Origin: a bacterium
GTDB lineage: Bacteria > JAMCPX01
DNA length: 64,000 nt
Assembly (NCBI GenBank): GCA_037439545.1
Contig: JBBIVV010000001.1
Coordinates: 96,001 to 160,000, forward strand
Reading direction: 5' to 3'
Each line of letters begins with the position of its first letter. Positions within the stretch are counted from its first letter, which is position 1. The position numbers were made by a program, and so were the translations under genes. Shown here one piece after another: positions 29,273-40,647 of this stretch. Below the pieces are notes generated by a model that saw nothing but the letters and a program-made list of their open reading frames with translations, had not been told where the DNA came from and made no database searches.

Positions 29273-30520
29273 ATGGCAATGCAAGGAACAAAGATAGGTT
29301 TTGAAAACGGTAAATTAGTAGTCCCGAACGATCCCATAATCCCTTTTATAGAGGGGGATGGCACGGGAGTAGATATATGGCGTGCGTCTGTAATAGTTTT
29401 TGACGCTGCTGTCGAAAAGGTCTTCAAGGGCGAAAAGAAGATCGTCTGGAAAGAGATATATGCCGGCGAAAAGGCATTTAAAAAGTTCAATACATGGCTT
29501 CCGGATGAAACACTGAGAGCAGTTGAGGAATATATAGTCGGTATAAAAGGTCCTCTGACGACGCCTGTGGGCGGAGGTATAAGAAGTTTGAACGTTACCC
29601 TGAGGCAGAAACTGAATTTATTCGCCTGCGTAAGACCGGTCAAATACATACAGGGGGTGCCGAGTCCTGTGAAACATCCTGAGAAAATGGATGTCATAAT
29701 ATTCAGGGAAAATACAGAGGATGTTTATTCCGGCATAGAATGGGCGCAGGGAACACCCGAGGCTATGAAGGTCATAAAGTTTCTCAAAGAAGAGATGGGC
29801 GCAAAGATGAGGGACGATGCAGGCATAGGTATAAAGCCCATAAGCATCACGGGAACAAAACAGCTTATGCGTATGGCAATAAAGTATGCACTCGAAAAGA
29901 AGAGAAAGAGCGTCACGATAGACCACAAAGGCAACATCATGAAGTATACAGAAGGCGCTTTCAGGGAATGGGCATACCAGGTGGCAAAAGAAGAGTTCAG
30001 AGACAAGATAGTGACCGAGGACGAGATAGAAAAGCAGTACAACGGCAAGGCACCATCAGGCAAATTAATCGTGAAGGACAGGATAGCCGACAATATGTTT
30101 CAACAGGTTCTTACAAGGGCTGATGAGTATGACATCATTGTTACCCCGAACCTCAACGGTGATTTTCTCTCGGATGCATGTGCGGCACAGATTGGAGGGC
30201 TTGGTATGGCACCGGGTGGAAATATAGGTATACCGTATGCCATGTTTGAAGCGACCCACGGCACAGCACCCAAATATGCGGGGCTGGACAAGGTAAACCC
30301 AGGTTCTGTCATCCTCTCAGGTGCAATGATGTTTGAGTACCTCGGGTGGGATCCGGTGAGTGAAGTCATAAAAGAATCCCTCGGAGCAACCATAAAGCAG
30401 AAGAAGGTTACCTACGATCTTGAACGGCAGATGGAAGGTGCGAAGCTGTTGAAATCATCGGAGTTTGCCAAGGCAATCATAGAAAATATGGATAGTGCAG
30501 TAAAGAAGCTAAAGATATAG
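29273..30520 (+). CDS. icd: Isocitrate dehydrogenase (dimeric, likely NADP-dependent)
   Basis: [42 protein letters not shown]. Confidence 0.96.
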   Translation: MAMQGTKIGFENGKLVVPNDPIIPFIEGDGTGVDIWRASVIVFDAAVEKVFKGEKKIVWKEIYAGEKAFKKFNTWLPDETLRAVEEYIVGIKGPLTTPVGGGIRSLNVTLRQKLNLFACVRPVKYIQGVPSPVKHPEKMDVIIFRENTEDVYSGIEWAQGTPEAMKVIKFLKEEMGAKMRDDAGIGIKPISITGTKQLMRMAIKYALEKKRKSVTIDHKGNIMKYTEGAFREWAYQVAKEEFRDKIVTEDEIEKQYNGKAPSGKLIVKDRIADNMFQQVLTRADEYDIIVTPNLNGDFLSDACAAQIGGLGMAPGGNIGIPYAMFEATHGTAPKYAGLDKVNPGSVILSGAMMFEYLGWDPVSEVIKESLGATIKQKKVTYDLERQMEGAKLLKSSEFAKAIIENMDSAVKKLKI

Positions 30521-30539
30521 AAAATAAAAAGGAGGTTTT

Positions 30540-31478
30540 ATGTCAAGAAAGAAGATAACGGTAGTTGGTGCCGGTCGTGTGGGCGAATCAACAGCAGCAT
30601 TACTGACAGAGAAAGAAGTGGGAGATGTTGTTGTTGTCGATGTTGTTCCGAATATGCCGCAGGGCAAAACACTCGACCTTATGGAAGCAAGGCCGGTTTA
30701 TAAAACCGATGTAAATGTTGTCGGTTCAAACGGATATGACGAAACAAAGAATTCCGATGTAATCGTCATAACATCCGGTATGCCGAGAAAGCCGGGCATG
30801 AGCAGGGAAGATCTGCTTATGACGAACGTTAAAATCGTTCAGAGCGTTACGGATAATGTTGCAAAGAGATCGCCCAATGCCATCATTATCGTCGTCGCAA
30901 ATCCGGTCGATGGTATGACCTATGTTTCCTACAAGGTCAGCAAGTTCCCGAGAGAAAGGGTAATGGGCATGGCAGGTGTACTCGACTCGGCAAGGTTCAG
31001 GACATTTATCGCAATGGAGTTGAATGTGTCGGTCCAGGATGTAAGTGCATTTGTTATCGGCGTCCATGGCGACGAGATGGTGCCTTCGGTGAGATACACG
31101 AATGTCGCAGGTATACCTGTGGCAGAGCTTATACCGAAGGAGAAGCTGGATGCAATCGTGGCAAGGACAAGAAAGGCAGGCGGTGAGATAGTAAACCTGC
31201 TCGGATTCAGCGCCTACTATGCACCTGCAGCTTCTGCGGTAGAGATGGTCGAAGCGATACTCAAGGACAAAAAGAAGATTCTTCCTGCGATCACCCTGTG
31301 TACCAGTGAGTACGGACTCAAGGATGTATTCATGGGCGTACCCGTAAAACTCGGTGAAAAGGGCATCGAGAAAATCTTCGAGATAAAGATGAGCGATGAA
31401 GAGGCAGCAGCACTCAAGAAATCGGCCGAAGCAGTTAACAGGCAGAAGAACGAGATAGATGGATTGAAGTTACTATAA
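30540..31478 (+). CDS. mdh: Malate dehydrogenase (LDH-like)
   Basis: [17 protein letters not shown] substrate loop, LDSARF, HGD. Confidence 0.95.
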   Translation: MSRKKITVVGAGRVGESTAALLTEKEVGDVVVVDVVPNMPQGKTLDLMEARPVYKTDVNVVGSNGYDETKNSDVIVITSGMPRKPGMSREDLLMTNVKIVQSVTDNVAKRSPNAIIIVVANPVDGMTYVSYKVSKFPRERVMGMAGVLDSARFRTFIAMELNVSVQDVSAFVIGVHGDEMVPSVRYTNVAGIPVAELIPKEKLDAIVARTRKAGGEIVNLLGFSAYYAPAASAVEMVEAILKDKKKILPAITLCTSEYGLKDVFMGVPVKLGEKGIEKIFEIKMSDEEAAALKKSAEAVNRQKNEIDGLKLL

Positions 31479-31497
31479 GAACATAGAGAATGAACAG

Positions 31498-31524
31498 GAG
31501 AGGGCGAGGTTTCCTCGCCCTCTC
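31498..31524. repeat. REP-like perfect hairpin
   Basis: GAGAGGGCGAGG-TTT-CCTCGCCCTCTC; variant copy at 44993-45011. Confidence 0.7.
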
Positions 31525-31559
31525 TATAATTAACTGGAATGATGCATTATGCCCCTAAC

Positions 31560-31579
31560 CCCTCTTAATCTTAAGAGGG
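31560..31579. repeat. Short palindrome (REP-like)
   Basis: CCCTCTTAA-TC-TTAAGAGGG in the mdh-fumarase spacer. Confidence 0.5.
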
Positions 31580-31605
31580 TGATGGAGAAAAGAGGTTAAA
31601 GGTAA

Positions 31606-32451
31606 ATGAATATGCGCGAGATAAATGCAAAGCAGATCGCGGACGCTGTGAGCGATCTGTGTACCAAGGCTAATTTTGATGTTCCTGACGATGTTATGAA
31701 TATTATCAGGAAAGCATACCAGGAGGAAGTTTCACCTCAGGGCAAGGATGTGCTCAAGCAGATCATCGATAACGATGAAATAGCACACAATGAACAGGTG
31801 CCTATGTGCCAGGATACGGGACTTGCTGTTTTCTTTGTGGAGCTTGGACAGGATGTGCATATAGCAGACGGATTACTGAACGATGCCATCAATGACGGTG
31901 TGAGAAAAGGCTACAAGGACGGATATCTGAGGAAATCAACCTGTAATCCTTTCACGAGGAAAAATGTCGGTGACAATACGCCGTCTATTATACACGTTGA
32001 GGTTGTTGCCGGTGATAAAATAAAGATAACTATGGCAGCAAAGGGCGGCGGCAGCGAGAATATGAGCAGGGTCATGATGATGAAGCCGTCGGATGGACTC
32101 GAAGGTATCAAAAAATACATTATTGAAAGGGTAAGGGAGTCAGGTTCGAACCCGTGTCCGCCGATCATTGTCGGTGTCGGTATTGGCGGTACGTTCGAGC
32201 GTTCTGCTTTAATTGCAAAAAAATCTTTGCTTCGTCCACTCGATGTGGCAAACCCTGATCCAGACCTTGACAAACTTGAAAAGGAGCTGCTTACATCTAT
32301 CAACAAACTTGGCATAGGCCCGATGGGACTTGGCGGCAGGACGACTGCACTCGCGGTCCACGTGATTGTTGAGCCGTGTCATATCGCAAGTTTACCGCTT
32401 GCGGTCAACATACAGTGTCATTCTGCACGGCACAAAGAAATAACAATATGA
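31606..32451 (+). CDS. Class I fumarate hydratase, alpha subunit
   Basis: PMCQDTG, GYLRKS, KGGGSEN, NPCPP, CHSARH. Confidence 0.92.
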   Translation: MNMREINAKQIADAVSDLCTKANFDVPDDVMNIIRKAYQEEVSPQGKDVLKQIIDNDEIAHNEQVPMCQDTGLAVFFVELGQDVHIADGLLNDAINDGVRKGYKDGYLRKSTCNPFTRKNVGDNTPSIIHVEVVAGDKIKITMAAKGGGSENMSRVMMMKPSDGLEGIKKYIIERVRESGSNPCPPIIVGVGIGGTFERSALIAKKSLLRPLDVANPDPDLDKLEKELLTSINKLGIGPMGLGGRTTALAVHVIVEPCHIASLPLAVNIQCHSARHKEITI

Positions 32452-32458
32452 GGCGAAT

Positions 32459-33016
32459 ATGGCTAATATAATTAAGATAAAAACACCATTAACTGATGAT
32501 GTGGTTTCTCAACTGAAAAGCGGTGATAGCGTACTCATAACGGGTGTTATGTATACCGGCAGGGATGCCGCGCATAAAAGGATGATCGATGCCCTGAACA
32601 AGGGTGAAAAACTGCCCTTTGACATACAGGGACAGATTATTTATTATGTAGGACCATCGCCTGCAAAGCCCGGTAAGCCCATAGGCTCTGCAGGACCTAC
32701 CACGAGTTACAGAATGGACGCTTATGCTCCAACCCTGATAAAGCTCGGATTGAAAGGAATGATCGGCAAGGGCTGGAGAGCAAAGGATGTTATTGATGCC
32801 TGCATAAAGTACAAGGCCATATACTTCGGCGCGACAGGAGGCGCGGGTGCCTTGATAGCACGGTCAATAAAGAAAGCCGATGTTATTGCGTATGATGATC
32901 TCGGCCCTGAAGCGGTAAGAAGGATCGAGGTCGTAGATTTTCCTGCGATTGTCATTAACGATGCTTATGGCAACGACCTTTATGTAAAAGGTGTTGAACA
33001 ATATAAACAAATTTAG
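32459..33016 (+). CDS. Class I fumarate hydratase, beta subunit
   Basis: TGRDAAHKR, AGPTTSYRMD, MIGKG. Confidence 0.92.
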   Translation: MANIIKIKTPLTDDVVSQLKSGDSVLITGVMYTGRDAAHKRMIDALNKGEKLPFDIQGQIIYYVGPSPAKPGKPIGSAGPTTSYRMDAYAPTLIKLGLKGMIGKGWRAKDVIDACIKYKAIYFGATGGAGALIARSIKKADVIAYDDLGPEAVRRIEVVDFPAIVINDAYGNDLYVKGVEQYKQI

Positions 33017-33027
33017 GAGGCAAATAA

Positions 33028-33396
33028 ATGAAAAAAAATATTTATGAGTTAAAATACAGGTATCACACCGGTACGGCAGCGTGGATACTGCACAGACTCT
33101 CGGGGCTTGCTTTGGTCCTGTATTTAGCCATGCATATCTGGGTTATTCACAACCTTGATAACCCTGCCGGCTTTAATAAGGTTATGGCTTTCCTCAATAT
33201 GCCGCTTTTCAAGATACTCGAGTTAGGGCTTTGGGGCGTTATTATTTACCATGCGATCAACGGACTGCGTATTATTCTCGTGGATTTCTTTGGCGGTTCA
33301 AAGGCACAAAAACAGGTGTTCTGGGGAGTGGTGGTCGTAGGTATAATCATGTTTATTGCCGGTGCAATCCCTTTTGTAGGACATTTGGTTAAATAG
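33028..33396 (+). CDS. sdhC: Succinate dehydrogenase cytochrome b subunit
   Basis: Three TMs, LHRLSG, YHAINGLRIIL. Confidence 0.9.
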   Translation: MKKNIYELKYRYHTGTAAWILHRLSGLALVLYLAMHIWVIHNLDNPAGFNKVMAFLNMPLFKILELGLWGVIIYHAINGLRIILVDFFGGSKAQKQVFWGVVVVGIIMFIAGAIPFVGHLVK

Positions 33397-33405
33397 GAGA
33401 CAGAG

Positions 33406-33792
33406 ATGAATATAAAATTTGTTACAGGTGATTCAGGAATGAAAAGGTGGTTTTATCAGAGGCTCACCGGCATTTTTCTGGCAGTGCTTTTGGTAGCGCA
33501 TTTTACCATCATGCATTTTATAGGAACAGGTGAGATAGATTATCGGACAGTCGCACAGAGACTTTCATCTCCGTACTGGAAGACATTTGACCTTGCATTC
33601 CTGGTGTTTGCCCTTTACCATGGGATGGCAGGTTTGTGGGTGGTAATAGATGATTATGTGCACAAAGACGGATGGCGCATATTCATATACTCAGTCGTTG
33701 TACTCGCAGGTGTATTGCTCTTAATTATCGGCGGATTGACGATTATTACATTCGCACCGCACGTACTTTTAACATTTCCGGGAAATATGTAA
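33406..33792 (+). CDS. sdhD: Succinate dehydrogenase membrane anchor subunit
   Basis: [22 protein letters not shown]. Confidence 0.88.
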   Translation: MNIKFVTGDSGMKRWFYQRLTGIFLAVLLVAHFTIMHFIGTGEIDYRTVAQRLSSPYWKTFDLAFLVFALYHGMAGLWVVIDDYVHKDGWRIFIYSVVVLAGVLLLIIGGLTIITFAPHVLLTFPGNM

Positions 33793-33803
33793 GGAGAACA
33801 TAT

Positions 33804-35537
33804 ATGGCAATTAACATTGAAACACATTATCATGATGTATTGATCATAGGTGCAGGGCTTGCCGGATCAATGGCAGCTTTAAAGGTTGCACCAATAGCAG
33901 ACGTTGCCGTGCTGACCAAGGTGTTCCCGACCAGGTCACATTCGACGACAGCACAGGGAGGTATGGCAGCAGCATTGAATAATAACAGATCACAAGGTGA
34001 AGATTCATGGGAACTTCACATGTTCGATACGGTAAAGGGCAGCGATTACCTGGGCGACCAGGACGCAATAGAGACCCTCGCGAAGGATGCAATAGAAGTA
34101 GTGTATGAACTTGAACACATGGGGACGCCGTTTTCAAGGACACCTGAGGGCAAGATAGCTCAAAGACCGTTTGGCGGACATTCAAGACCGAGGATTGCCT
34201 ATTCCGCAGATAGGACCGGACATGTTGCACTTCATACTCTGTATGAGCAGAGCTTGAAGGAAAAGGTAAAATACTATCCTGAATTTTCTGTAACGAAACT
34301 CATTATTGAAAACAACACGGCAAAGGGTGCTGTTGCAATAGATTTAAGAACGAGCACCGTGCATGTTTTTGCTGCAAAGGCAGTCATGGTTGCAACAGGC
34401 GGTGCAGGCAGAATATACAGGATTTCATCCAACGCACATGAATCGACCGGTGACGCTCTTTCCCTGATCTACAGGGAGGGACTGCCGCTCATGGACCTTG
34501 AATTTACGCAGTTCCATCCGACCGGTATCTATCCGCTCGGCATCCTTATAACTGAGGGTGTCAGAGGCGAGGGTGGATATCTTGTCAACAGTAAAGGTGA
34601 AAGGTTCATGGAAAAATATGCCCCGGATATGAAGGACCTTGCACCGAGGGACATTACCTCGAGGGCCATTTACACCGAGATTCAGGAGGGCAGAGGCGTT
34701 GGACCGAAGAAAGATCATGTGCTTTTACAGATACATCACATAGGCAGGGAAAAAATACTCGAGAGGCTGCCGGAAATATATAAATTTGCAATAACATACG
34801 CCGGTGTTGACTGTACCAAAGAGCCAATTCCGGTAGCACCGACCATGCATTACTTCATGGGTGGTATACCGACCAATGCACAGAGCAATGTCATAAAAGA
34901 TGAAAAGGGGACACCGGTAATAGGCCTTTATGCCGGAGGTGAGGCTGCGTGCGAATCAGTGCATGGGGCGAACAGGCTCGGAGCAAATTCCCTTGTCGAT
35001 ACAACCGTGTTTGGCAGAAGGGCAGGCAAACATATGTACGACTTCGTTCAGGAGGTAGACAGACCGGCAATACCCAAGGATGCCGTTGAAAGTACGGTGA
35101 AGATGGTCGAGTGGCTTTTAAACGGAAACGGCAAAGAGAATGTATCGAAACTGCGCGAGGATATGCAGTCGCTGCTCTGGGAAACCGCTGCTGTCTTCCG
35201 TGAAGAGAAGCTTTTGAAGAAAGGCTTGAAAGACATAAAGGTTTTGCAGGAAAGATATAAAAACATAGGCATCGAAGATAAGGGTAAGAATTTTAACATG
35301 CAGGTGAAAGACGCAATCGAGCTCGGCAATATGCTTGACTATGCGGAGGTGGTACTTGCATCGGCTGATTTCAGGAAAGAGAGCCGGGGTGCGCATTCAA
35401 GGACCGATTATCCGAAGCGCGATGATGTTAAGTTCCTTAAACACACCCTTGCTTTTAAAGGCAAAGACGGCAAACCCGAGCTGAAACAGAAAGATGTTGT
35501 TATAACAAAGTATCAGCCCCAAGAAAGAAAGTATTGA
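33804..35537 (+). CDS. sdhA: Succinate dehydrogenase flavoprotein subunit
   Basis: [17 protein letters not shown] (covalent FAD His), [23 protein letters not shown]; start at 33804 behind AAGGAG. Confidence 0.96.
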   Translation: MAINIETHYHDVLIIGAGLAGSMAALKVAPIADVAVLTKVFPTRSHSTTAQGGMAAALNNNRSQGEDSWELHMFDTVKGSDYLGDQDAIETLAKDAIEVVYELEHMGTPFSRTPEGKIAQRPFGGHSRPRIAYSADRTGHVALHTLYEQSLKEKVKYYPEFSVTKLIIENNTAKGAVAIDLRTSTVHVFAAKAVMVATGGAGRIYRISSNAHESTGDALSLIYREGLPLMDLEFTQFHPTGIYPLGILITEGVRGEGGYLVNSKGERFMEKYAPDMKDLAPRDITSRAIYTEIQEGRGVGPKKDHVLLQIHHIGREKILERLPEIYKFAITYAGVDCTKEPIPVAPTMHYFMGGIPTNAQSNVIKDEKGTPVIGLYAGGEAACESVHGANRLGANSLVDTTVFGRRAGKHMYDFVQEVDRPAIPKDAVESTVKMVEWLLNGNGKENVSKLREDMQSLLWETAAVFREEKLLKKGLKDIKVLQERYKNIGIEDKGKNFNMQVKDAIELGNMLDYAEVVLASADFRKESRGAHSRTDYPKRDDVKFLKHTLAFKGKDGKPELKQKDVVITKYQPQERKY

Positions 35538-35549
35538 GGAGGTATTAAA

Positions 35550-36251
35550 GTGAAGGTAACATTCAAAATACAGAGATTTAATCCGGATAAAGAGGCAAAA
35601 CCGGTTCTTAAAGAGTATTCTGTGGAAGCACAGCCTAATACGACTATACTCGACTGCCTGAATGACATAAGATGGCATCAGGATGAAACGCTTTCATTCA
35701 GAAGATCATGCGGTCATGCCATATGCGGCTCATGCGCTATGAACATAAATGGTAAAAACGGGCTCGCCTGTCAGACACACGTACAGGATCTTAAGTCAGG
35801 CACTATTACCGTGAGACCTCTCCCGTCATTCCCGATTATTAAAGACCTGGCTGTTGACCTGGATAAATTCTATGAGAAATTTAATAAGATAAAACCTTAT
35901 TTGATCAACGATGAGCCTGTACCTGAAAAGGAAAGACTGCAATCACCTGAACAGCAAAAACTTATAGAGGAATCGACGACCTGCATCCTTTGTGCAGCAT
36001 GCACATCCTCCTGTCCTTCATTCTGGGCTGATGACGACTATCTCGGTCCATCGGCATTGCTGAAAGCGTACAGATATATCTTCGATACAAGGGATACTGC
36101 AGCAGAAGAAAGGCTCAGTGTCGTCAATGACAAACACGGCGTGTTCAGATGTCACACCATATTCAACTGTAATGAAGCTTGTCCGAAAGACATAAACATT
36201 ACGAATCACATAGCAAAGTTAAAAGTGGCTCTCGTTACCACAAAACTGTAA
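35550..36251 (+). CDS. sdhB: Succinate dehydrogenase iron-sulfur subunit
   Basis: SCGHAICGSC, CILCAACTSSCP, CHTIFNCNEACP. Confidence 0.96.
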   Translation: MKVTFKIQRFNPDKEAKPVLKEYSVEAQPNTTILDCLNDIRWHQDETLSFRRSCGHAICGSCAMNINGKNGLACQTHVQDLKSGTITVRPLPSFPIIKDLAVDLDKFYEKFNKIKPYLINDEPVPEKERLQSPEQQKLIEESTTCILCAACTSSCPSFWADDDYLGPSALLKAYRYIFDTRDTAAEERLSVVNDKHGVFRCHTIFNCNEACPKDINITNHIAKLKVALVTTKL

Positions 36252-36263
36252 AAGAGGTTAATT

Positions 36264-37433
36264 ATGAATATACATGAGTATCAGGCAAAAGAATTGATGA
36301 TGAAATTCGGTGTTCCGGTGCCAAAGGGCAAGCCGGCATTCACTGCCGATGAGGCTTACGCAGCAGCGCAGCAGCTCGGTGTAAGCAGATTTGTCGTAAA
36401 AGCACAGATCCATGCAGGCGGAAGAGGTAAGGGGGGCGGTGTAAAGCTTGTGAACTCTCCTGAAGAAGTAAAAGAGGTTGCATCAAAGATGCTCGGCATG
36501 AACCTTATTACACACCAGACAGGCCCTGAAGGCAAGATTGTAAAGAAGGTGTATATCGAAGAGGCCGGTGCAATAGAAAAAGAACTGTACCTCGGTATGA
36601 TCATTGACAGGACAACGAAGCAGATCGTCGTGATGGCAAGCACAGAAGGCGGAATGGAGATAGAAGAGGTTGCAGCAAAGACACCGGAAAGGATTATAAA
36701 AGAGTTTATCGATCCGGTAGCAGGGATTCAGGATTTTCATGGAAGGAAGGTTGCATATAAACTCGGACTGAGCGGTGATCTCGTCGGCAAATTAACGAAA
36801 TTTGTCAAGGCTCTTTACCGGATGTTTCTGGAGCTCGATTGCAGCCTTGTGGAGATTAACCCGCTTGTACTGACAAAAGACAATAATATATTTGCACTTG
36901 ACGCAAAGATAAATTTTGATGACAATGCCTTGTTCCGGCATAAAGACGTAGAAGCTCTCCGCGATGTTAACGAGGAGGATGCGAAGGAACTTGACGCCAA
37001 AGCACACGGGCTGAGCTATATAAGCCTTACCGGAAATATCGGATGTATGGTAAACGGCGCGGGACTTGCTATGTCGACGATGGACATAATAAAGTTCTAC
37101 GGCGGGGAGCCGGCAAACTTCCTCGACGTCGGCGGAGGAGCAAATAAGGAGCAGGTCACGCACGCATTCAAAATTATACTGTCTGACGAGAAGGTGAAAG
37201 GTATACTGGTCAATATATTCGGCGGTATCATGAAATGCGACGTTATAGCAGACGGTATTATTGCCGCGGCGACAGAGGTCAACATACATGTTCCTCTTGT
37301 CGTCAGACTCGAAGGTACGAACGTGGAGCTCGGACAGGAGAAGCTCGGTAAATCGGGGCTGAACATAATAACTGCTTCAGATATGGCAGATGCTGCGCAG
37401 AAAGTGGTAAAAGCAGTGAGAGGTGGAATATGA
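36264..37433 (+). CDS. sucC: Succinyl-CoA synthetase beta subunit
   Basis: [40 protein letters not shown]. Confidence 0.96.
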   Translation: MNIHEYQAKELMMKFGVPVPKGKPAFTADEAYAAAQQLGVSRFVVKAQIHAGGRGKGGGVKLVNSPEEVKEVASKMLGMNLITHQTGPEGKIVKKVYIEEAGAIEKELYLGMIIDRTTKQIVVMASTEGGMEIEEVAAKTPERIIKEFIDPVAGIQDFHGRKVAYKLGLSGDLVGKLTKFVKALYRMFLELDCSLVEINPLVLTKDNNIFALDAKINFDDNALFRHKDVEALRDVNEEDAKELDAKAHGLSYISLTGNIGCMVNGAGLAMSTMDIIKFYGGEPANFLDVGGGANKEQVTHAFKIILSDEKVKGILVNIFGGIMKCDVIADGIIAAATEVNIHVPLVVRLEGTNVELGQEKLGKSGLNIITASDMADAAQKVVKAVRGGI

Positions 37434-38407
37434 GTATATTCGTAAACAAGAATACGAAGGTGATAGTGCAGGGAATAACCGGTAAAGACGGCATGTTTCA
37501 TACAAAGCAATGCCGCGATTACGGAACGAAGATAGTCGGTGGTGTGACCCCGGGGAAAGGCGGAACCAATGTTGAAGGCATCCCGGTCTTCAATACGGTA
37601 AGCGAGGCGGTCGCTGCTACAAAACCGAACGCATCGATGATTTTTGTCCCGCCCCCCTTTGCAGCGGACGCCATAATGGAGGCCGCGGATGCCGGTATCG
37701 AGCTTGTGGTATGCATAACAGAGGGTATCCCGACACTTGACATGCTGAAAGTATCTGCATATCTAAAAGGTAAGAAAACAAGGCTTATCGGTCCGAATTG
37801 CCCCGGTATTATTACCCCTGGTGAAGCAAAGCTCGGTATTATGCCTGCCAAGATACATAACCCCGGAAAGATTGGTATTATATCACGGAGCGGAACCTTG
37901 ACTTACGAAGCGGTATATCAGCTTACAGTGCTCGGATTAGGGCAGTCAACTGCTATCGGTATCGGCGGTGACCCCATTATTGGAACTAACTTTATCGATG
38001 CGCTTGAAGCATTCAACAACGACCCGAAAACAGAAGGAATTATTATGATTGGAGAGATCGGCGGAACTGCAGAAGACGACGCAGCCCAGTATATTAAGAA
38101 ATATGTTAAAAAACCTGTGGTTGCATTTATAGCCGGTCAGACAGCTCCAAAGGGAAAGAGAATGGGGCATGCCGGGGCAATAATAACAGGCGGTAAAACG
38201 ACAGCACAGGACAAGATCGAAACACTTGAATCAGTCGGAATTAAGGTTTCACGGAGTCCGGCAGACATTGGTAAGACCATGTATGCTCTGCTCAATAAAA
38301 TTAAGGCAAAAAAGGTTTCAGTACCTAAAGCTAAGAAACAGGTAAAAACCGCTAAAAAGGCGAAGGCTGTTCCTAAGAAGAAGGTTAACAGAAAGGGGAA
38401 GAAATAA
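37430..38407 (+). CDS. sucD: Succinyl-CoA synthetase alpha subunit with basic C-terminal extension
   Basis: [29 protein letters not shown]. Confidence 0.96.
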   Translation: MSIFVNKNTKVIVQGITGKDGMFHTKQCRDYGTKIVGGVTPGKGGTNVEGIPVFNTVSEAVAATKPNASMIFVPPPFAADAIMEAADAGIELVVCITEGIPTLDMLKVSAYLKGKKTRLIGPNCPGIITPGEAKLGIMPAKIHNPGKIGIISRSGTLTYEAVYQLTVLGLGQSTAIGIGGDPIIGTNFIDALEAFNNDPKTEGIIMIGEIGGTAEDDAAQYIKKYVKKPVVAFIAGQTAPKGKRMGHAGAIITGGKTTAQDKIETLESVGIKVSRSPADIGKTMYALLNKIKAKKVSVPKAKKQVKTAKKAKAVPKKKVNRKGKK

Positions 38408-38641
38408 ATGGCTGAAGCACAAACAGTGGAAAAAAAACCACAGCAAAAACATAATATAAAAATTATAGAAGAACGCTGTAAAGGCTGTGAAATATGTGTT
38501 GTTTACTGTCCTGAGGATGTTCTTTCTATGAAGGATCTGGTCGTTTCGATTATAAATCTGGACAAATGTACGGGTTGCATGAGGTGTGAATTGTTCTGTC
38601 CTGACTTTGCAATCTATGTAGACCTGCCAGAAAAATCTTGA
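38408..38641 (+). CDS. korD: 2-oxoacid:ferredoxin oxidoreductase delta subunit (2x[4Fe-4S])
   Basis: CKGCEICVVYCP and CTGCMRCELFCP. Confidence 0.88.
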   Translation: MAEAQTVEKKPQQKHNIKIIEERCKGCEICVVYCPEDVLSMKDLVVSIINLDKCTGCMRCELFCPDFAIYVDLPEKS

Positions 38642-38664
38642 TAGACAAATCTTTAGGAGGAATA

Positions 38665-39816
38665 ATGGAGAAAAAGGCTTTACTTATATCAGGCAATGAA
38701 TCTTGTGTTGAAGGTGCGCTTTATGCGGGAGTTCAATTTTATGCAGGTTATCCTATAACACCTTCATCAGAAATACCGGAAGGGCTTTCAAGGAAACTGC
38801 CCAAGTATGGCGGTGTGATGATACAGATGGAAGACGAAATTGCGGCAATGGCTGCGGTTATCGGTGCTTCACTAACAGGGAAAAAATCTATGACCGCAAC
38901 AAGCGGCCCTGGATTTTCTCTTAAGCAGGAAAATCTCGGATTTGCTTCTTTTAATGAGATCCCGTGTGTCATTGTTAACGTCATGAGGGGCGGTCCGAGC
39001 ACAGGTGCTCCCACAGGACCATCGCAGGGAGATGTTATGCAGGCAAAATGGGGTACGCACGGCGATCATCCGATAGTAGCTTTTGCACCTAACTCAATTC
39101 CCGAGATTTTTACAGAAACTGTAAGAGCATTTAATATTTCAGAGAAATATCGAATACCGGTCATCCTGCTGTTGGATGAGATTATCGCTCATATGAGAGA
39201 AAGGATCATTTTCCCGGAGAAAGGCGAATTGGAGGTCATAGACAGGCTTAAGCCAACAGTACCGCCGGATCAGTATAAACCGTTTGATGTGTCTAATTCA
39301 CCTCTGCCGCTTGTACCTCCGATGGCAGCCTATGGAACTGGTTACCGGTTCCACGTTACCGGACTGAATCATAGAATAGATGGCTTTCCCACCAATAATG
39401 GTGACCTCATAGAAAAAGAACTTCACCGTATCATGGATAAAGTTGAGCTTTACAAAAAGGATATGTTCAAGACGGAAGAATACATGCTCGATGACGCAGA
39501 GGTCGGTATCGTTGCATACGGCTCATCAGCAAGGGCTGCAAAGTATGCAGTGAATGTCCTCAGAGAGCAGGGCATAAAAGCAGGGATGCTCAGATATATA
39601 ACGATATGGCCGTTCAATGATACGCCTATTGAAAAGCTTGCACAAAAGGTCAAGTTCATGGTCGTTCCCGAGCTTAATTTTGGCCAGCTTATTCTTGAGG
39701 TAGAGCGGGCAGCAAAGGGTAAGACAAAAATATATGGAGTAAACAGGGTAAATATAGAGATCATACATCCGCATGATATAGTAGAAAAGATAAAGGAGCT
39801 TTCACATGGCATTTGA
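38665..39816 (+). CDS. korA: 2-oxoglutarate:ferredoxin oxidoreductase alpha subunit
   Basis: YAGYPITPSSEI, QMEDEIA, ATSGPGFSLKQE, RGGPSTG; AGGAGG before ATG 38665; substrate inferred from TCA context. Confidence 0.88.
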   Translation: MEKKALLISGNESCVEGALYAGVQFYAGYPITPSSEIPEGLSRKLPKYGGVMIQMEDEIAAMAAVIGASLTGKKSMTATSGPGFSLKQENLGFASFNEIPCVIVNVMRGGPSTGAPTGPSQGDVMQAKWGTHGDHPIVAFAPNSIPEIFTETVRAFNISEKYRIPVILLLDEIIAHMRERIIFPEKGELEVIDRLKPTVPPDQYKPFDVSNSPLPLVPPMAAYGTGYRFHVTGLNHRIDGFPTNNGDLIEKELHRIMDKVELYKKDMFKTEEYMLDDAEVGIVAYGSSARAAKYAVNVLREQGIKAGMLRYITIWPFNDTPIEKLAQKVKFMVVPELNFGQLILEVERAAKGKTKIYGVNRVNIEIIHPHDIVEKIKELSHGI

Positions 39817-40624
39817 ATATGAAAAATATATAAGAAAAGGCACACTCCCTCATATATGGTGTCCGGGATGCGGACATGGCATTGTTATGAAATCATTGCT
39901 GCGCGCAATAGACGGATTGAAACTTGATAAAAACGATATAGCAGTCGTATCGGGCATTGGATGCGCTTCAAGACTTCCCGGCTATCTCGATATGAATACA
40001 CTCCATACGACACATGGAAGAGCACTTGCTTTTGCAACAGGCATAAGGCTTTCCAATCCAAAGCTCAAGGTCATTGTTGTCAGCGGTGACGGCGATGCCA
40101 CTGCAATAGGGGGAAATCATCTTATCCATGCTGCAAGAAGAAATATTGAAATAACGCTTATTGTGTTTAATAATTCTATATATGGTATGACCGGCGGTCA
40201 GGTTGCACCGACCACGCCGATTGGAGCGATTGCTACTACCATGCCGTATGGAAACATAGACCCTCCCTTTGATGTTGTTAAACTTGTAGAGGGCGCAGGT
40301 GCAACATTCGTTGCAAGAACAACTTCTTATCATACTGCCCAGACAGAACAATTGATCAAACAGGCGATTATGCATAAAGGGTTTTCCGTGATTGATGTTA
40401 TCGATGCCTGTCCCGTTCAATTCGGGAGGAGAAACAAGCCGAAAGAAGCGCCCGATATGATGCAGCTTCAGAAAGACAATGCAATACCAATACAACTGGC
40501 TCAGAAAAAGAAGCCGGAAGAACTTGCAGGGAAGATTATAACAGGTATATTTGTCAAGAAGGACATGCCCTCGTATACGGATACTTACTACAATACAATT
40601 ATACCCAAAGCTCAGGCTAAATAA
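39806..40624 (+). CDS. korB: 2-oxoglutarate:ferredoxin oxidoreductase beta subunit
   Basis: WCPGCG, SGIGC, GDGD...NN TPP motif, YGMTGGQ. Confidence 0.88.
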   Translation: MAFEYEKYIRKGTLPHIWCPGCGHGIVMKSLLRAIDGLKLDKNDIAVVSGIGCASRLPGYLDMNTLHTTHGRALAFATGIRLSNPKLKVIVVSGDGDATAIGGNHLIHAARRNIEITLIVFNNSIYGMTGGQVAPTTPIGAIATTMPYGNIDPPFDVVKLVEGAGATFVARTTSYHTAQTEQLIKQAIMHKGFSVIDVIDACPVQFGRRNKPKEAPDMMQLQKDNAIPIQLAQKKKPEELAGKIITGIFVKKDMPSYTDTYYNTIIPKAQAK

Positions 40625-40647
40625 GCAGAAAACAGGAGTAACCAATA

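Noticed and set aside
5960..38665. Apparent N-terminal extensions on TrpS, TBDT, AbfD, NtrC, SdhA and KorA in the ORF track
   Set aside because: Artefacts of longest-ORF calling; downstream ATGs give canonical N-termini, mostly with SD sequences
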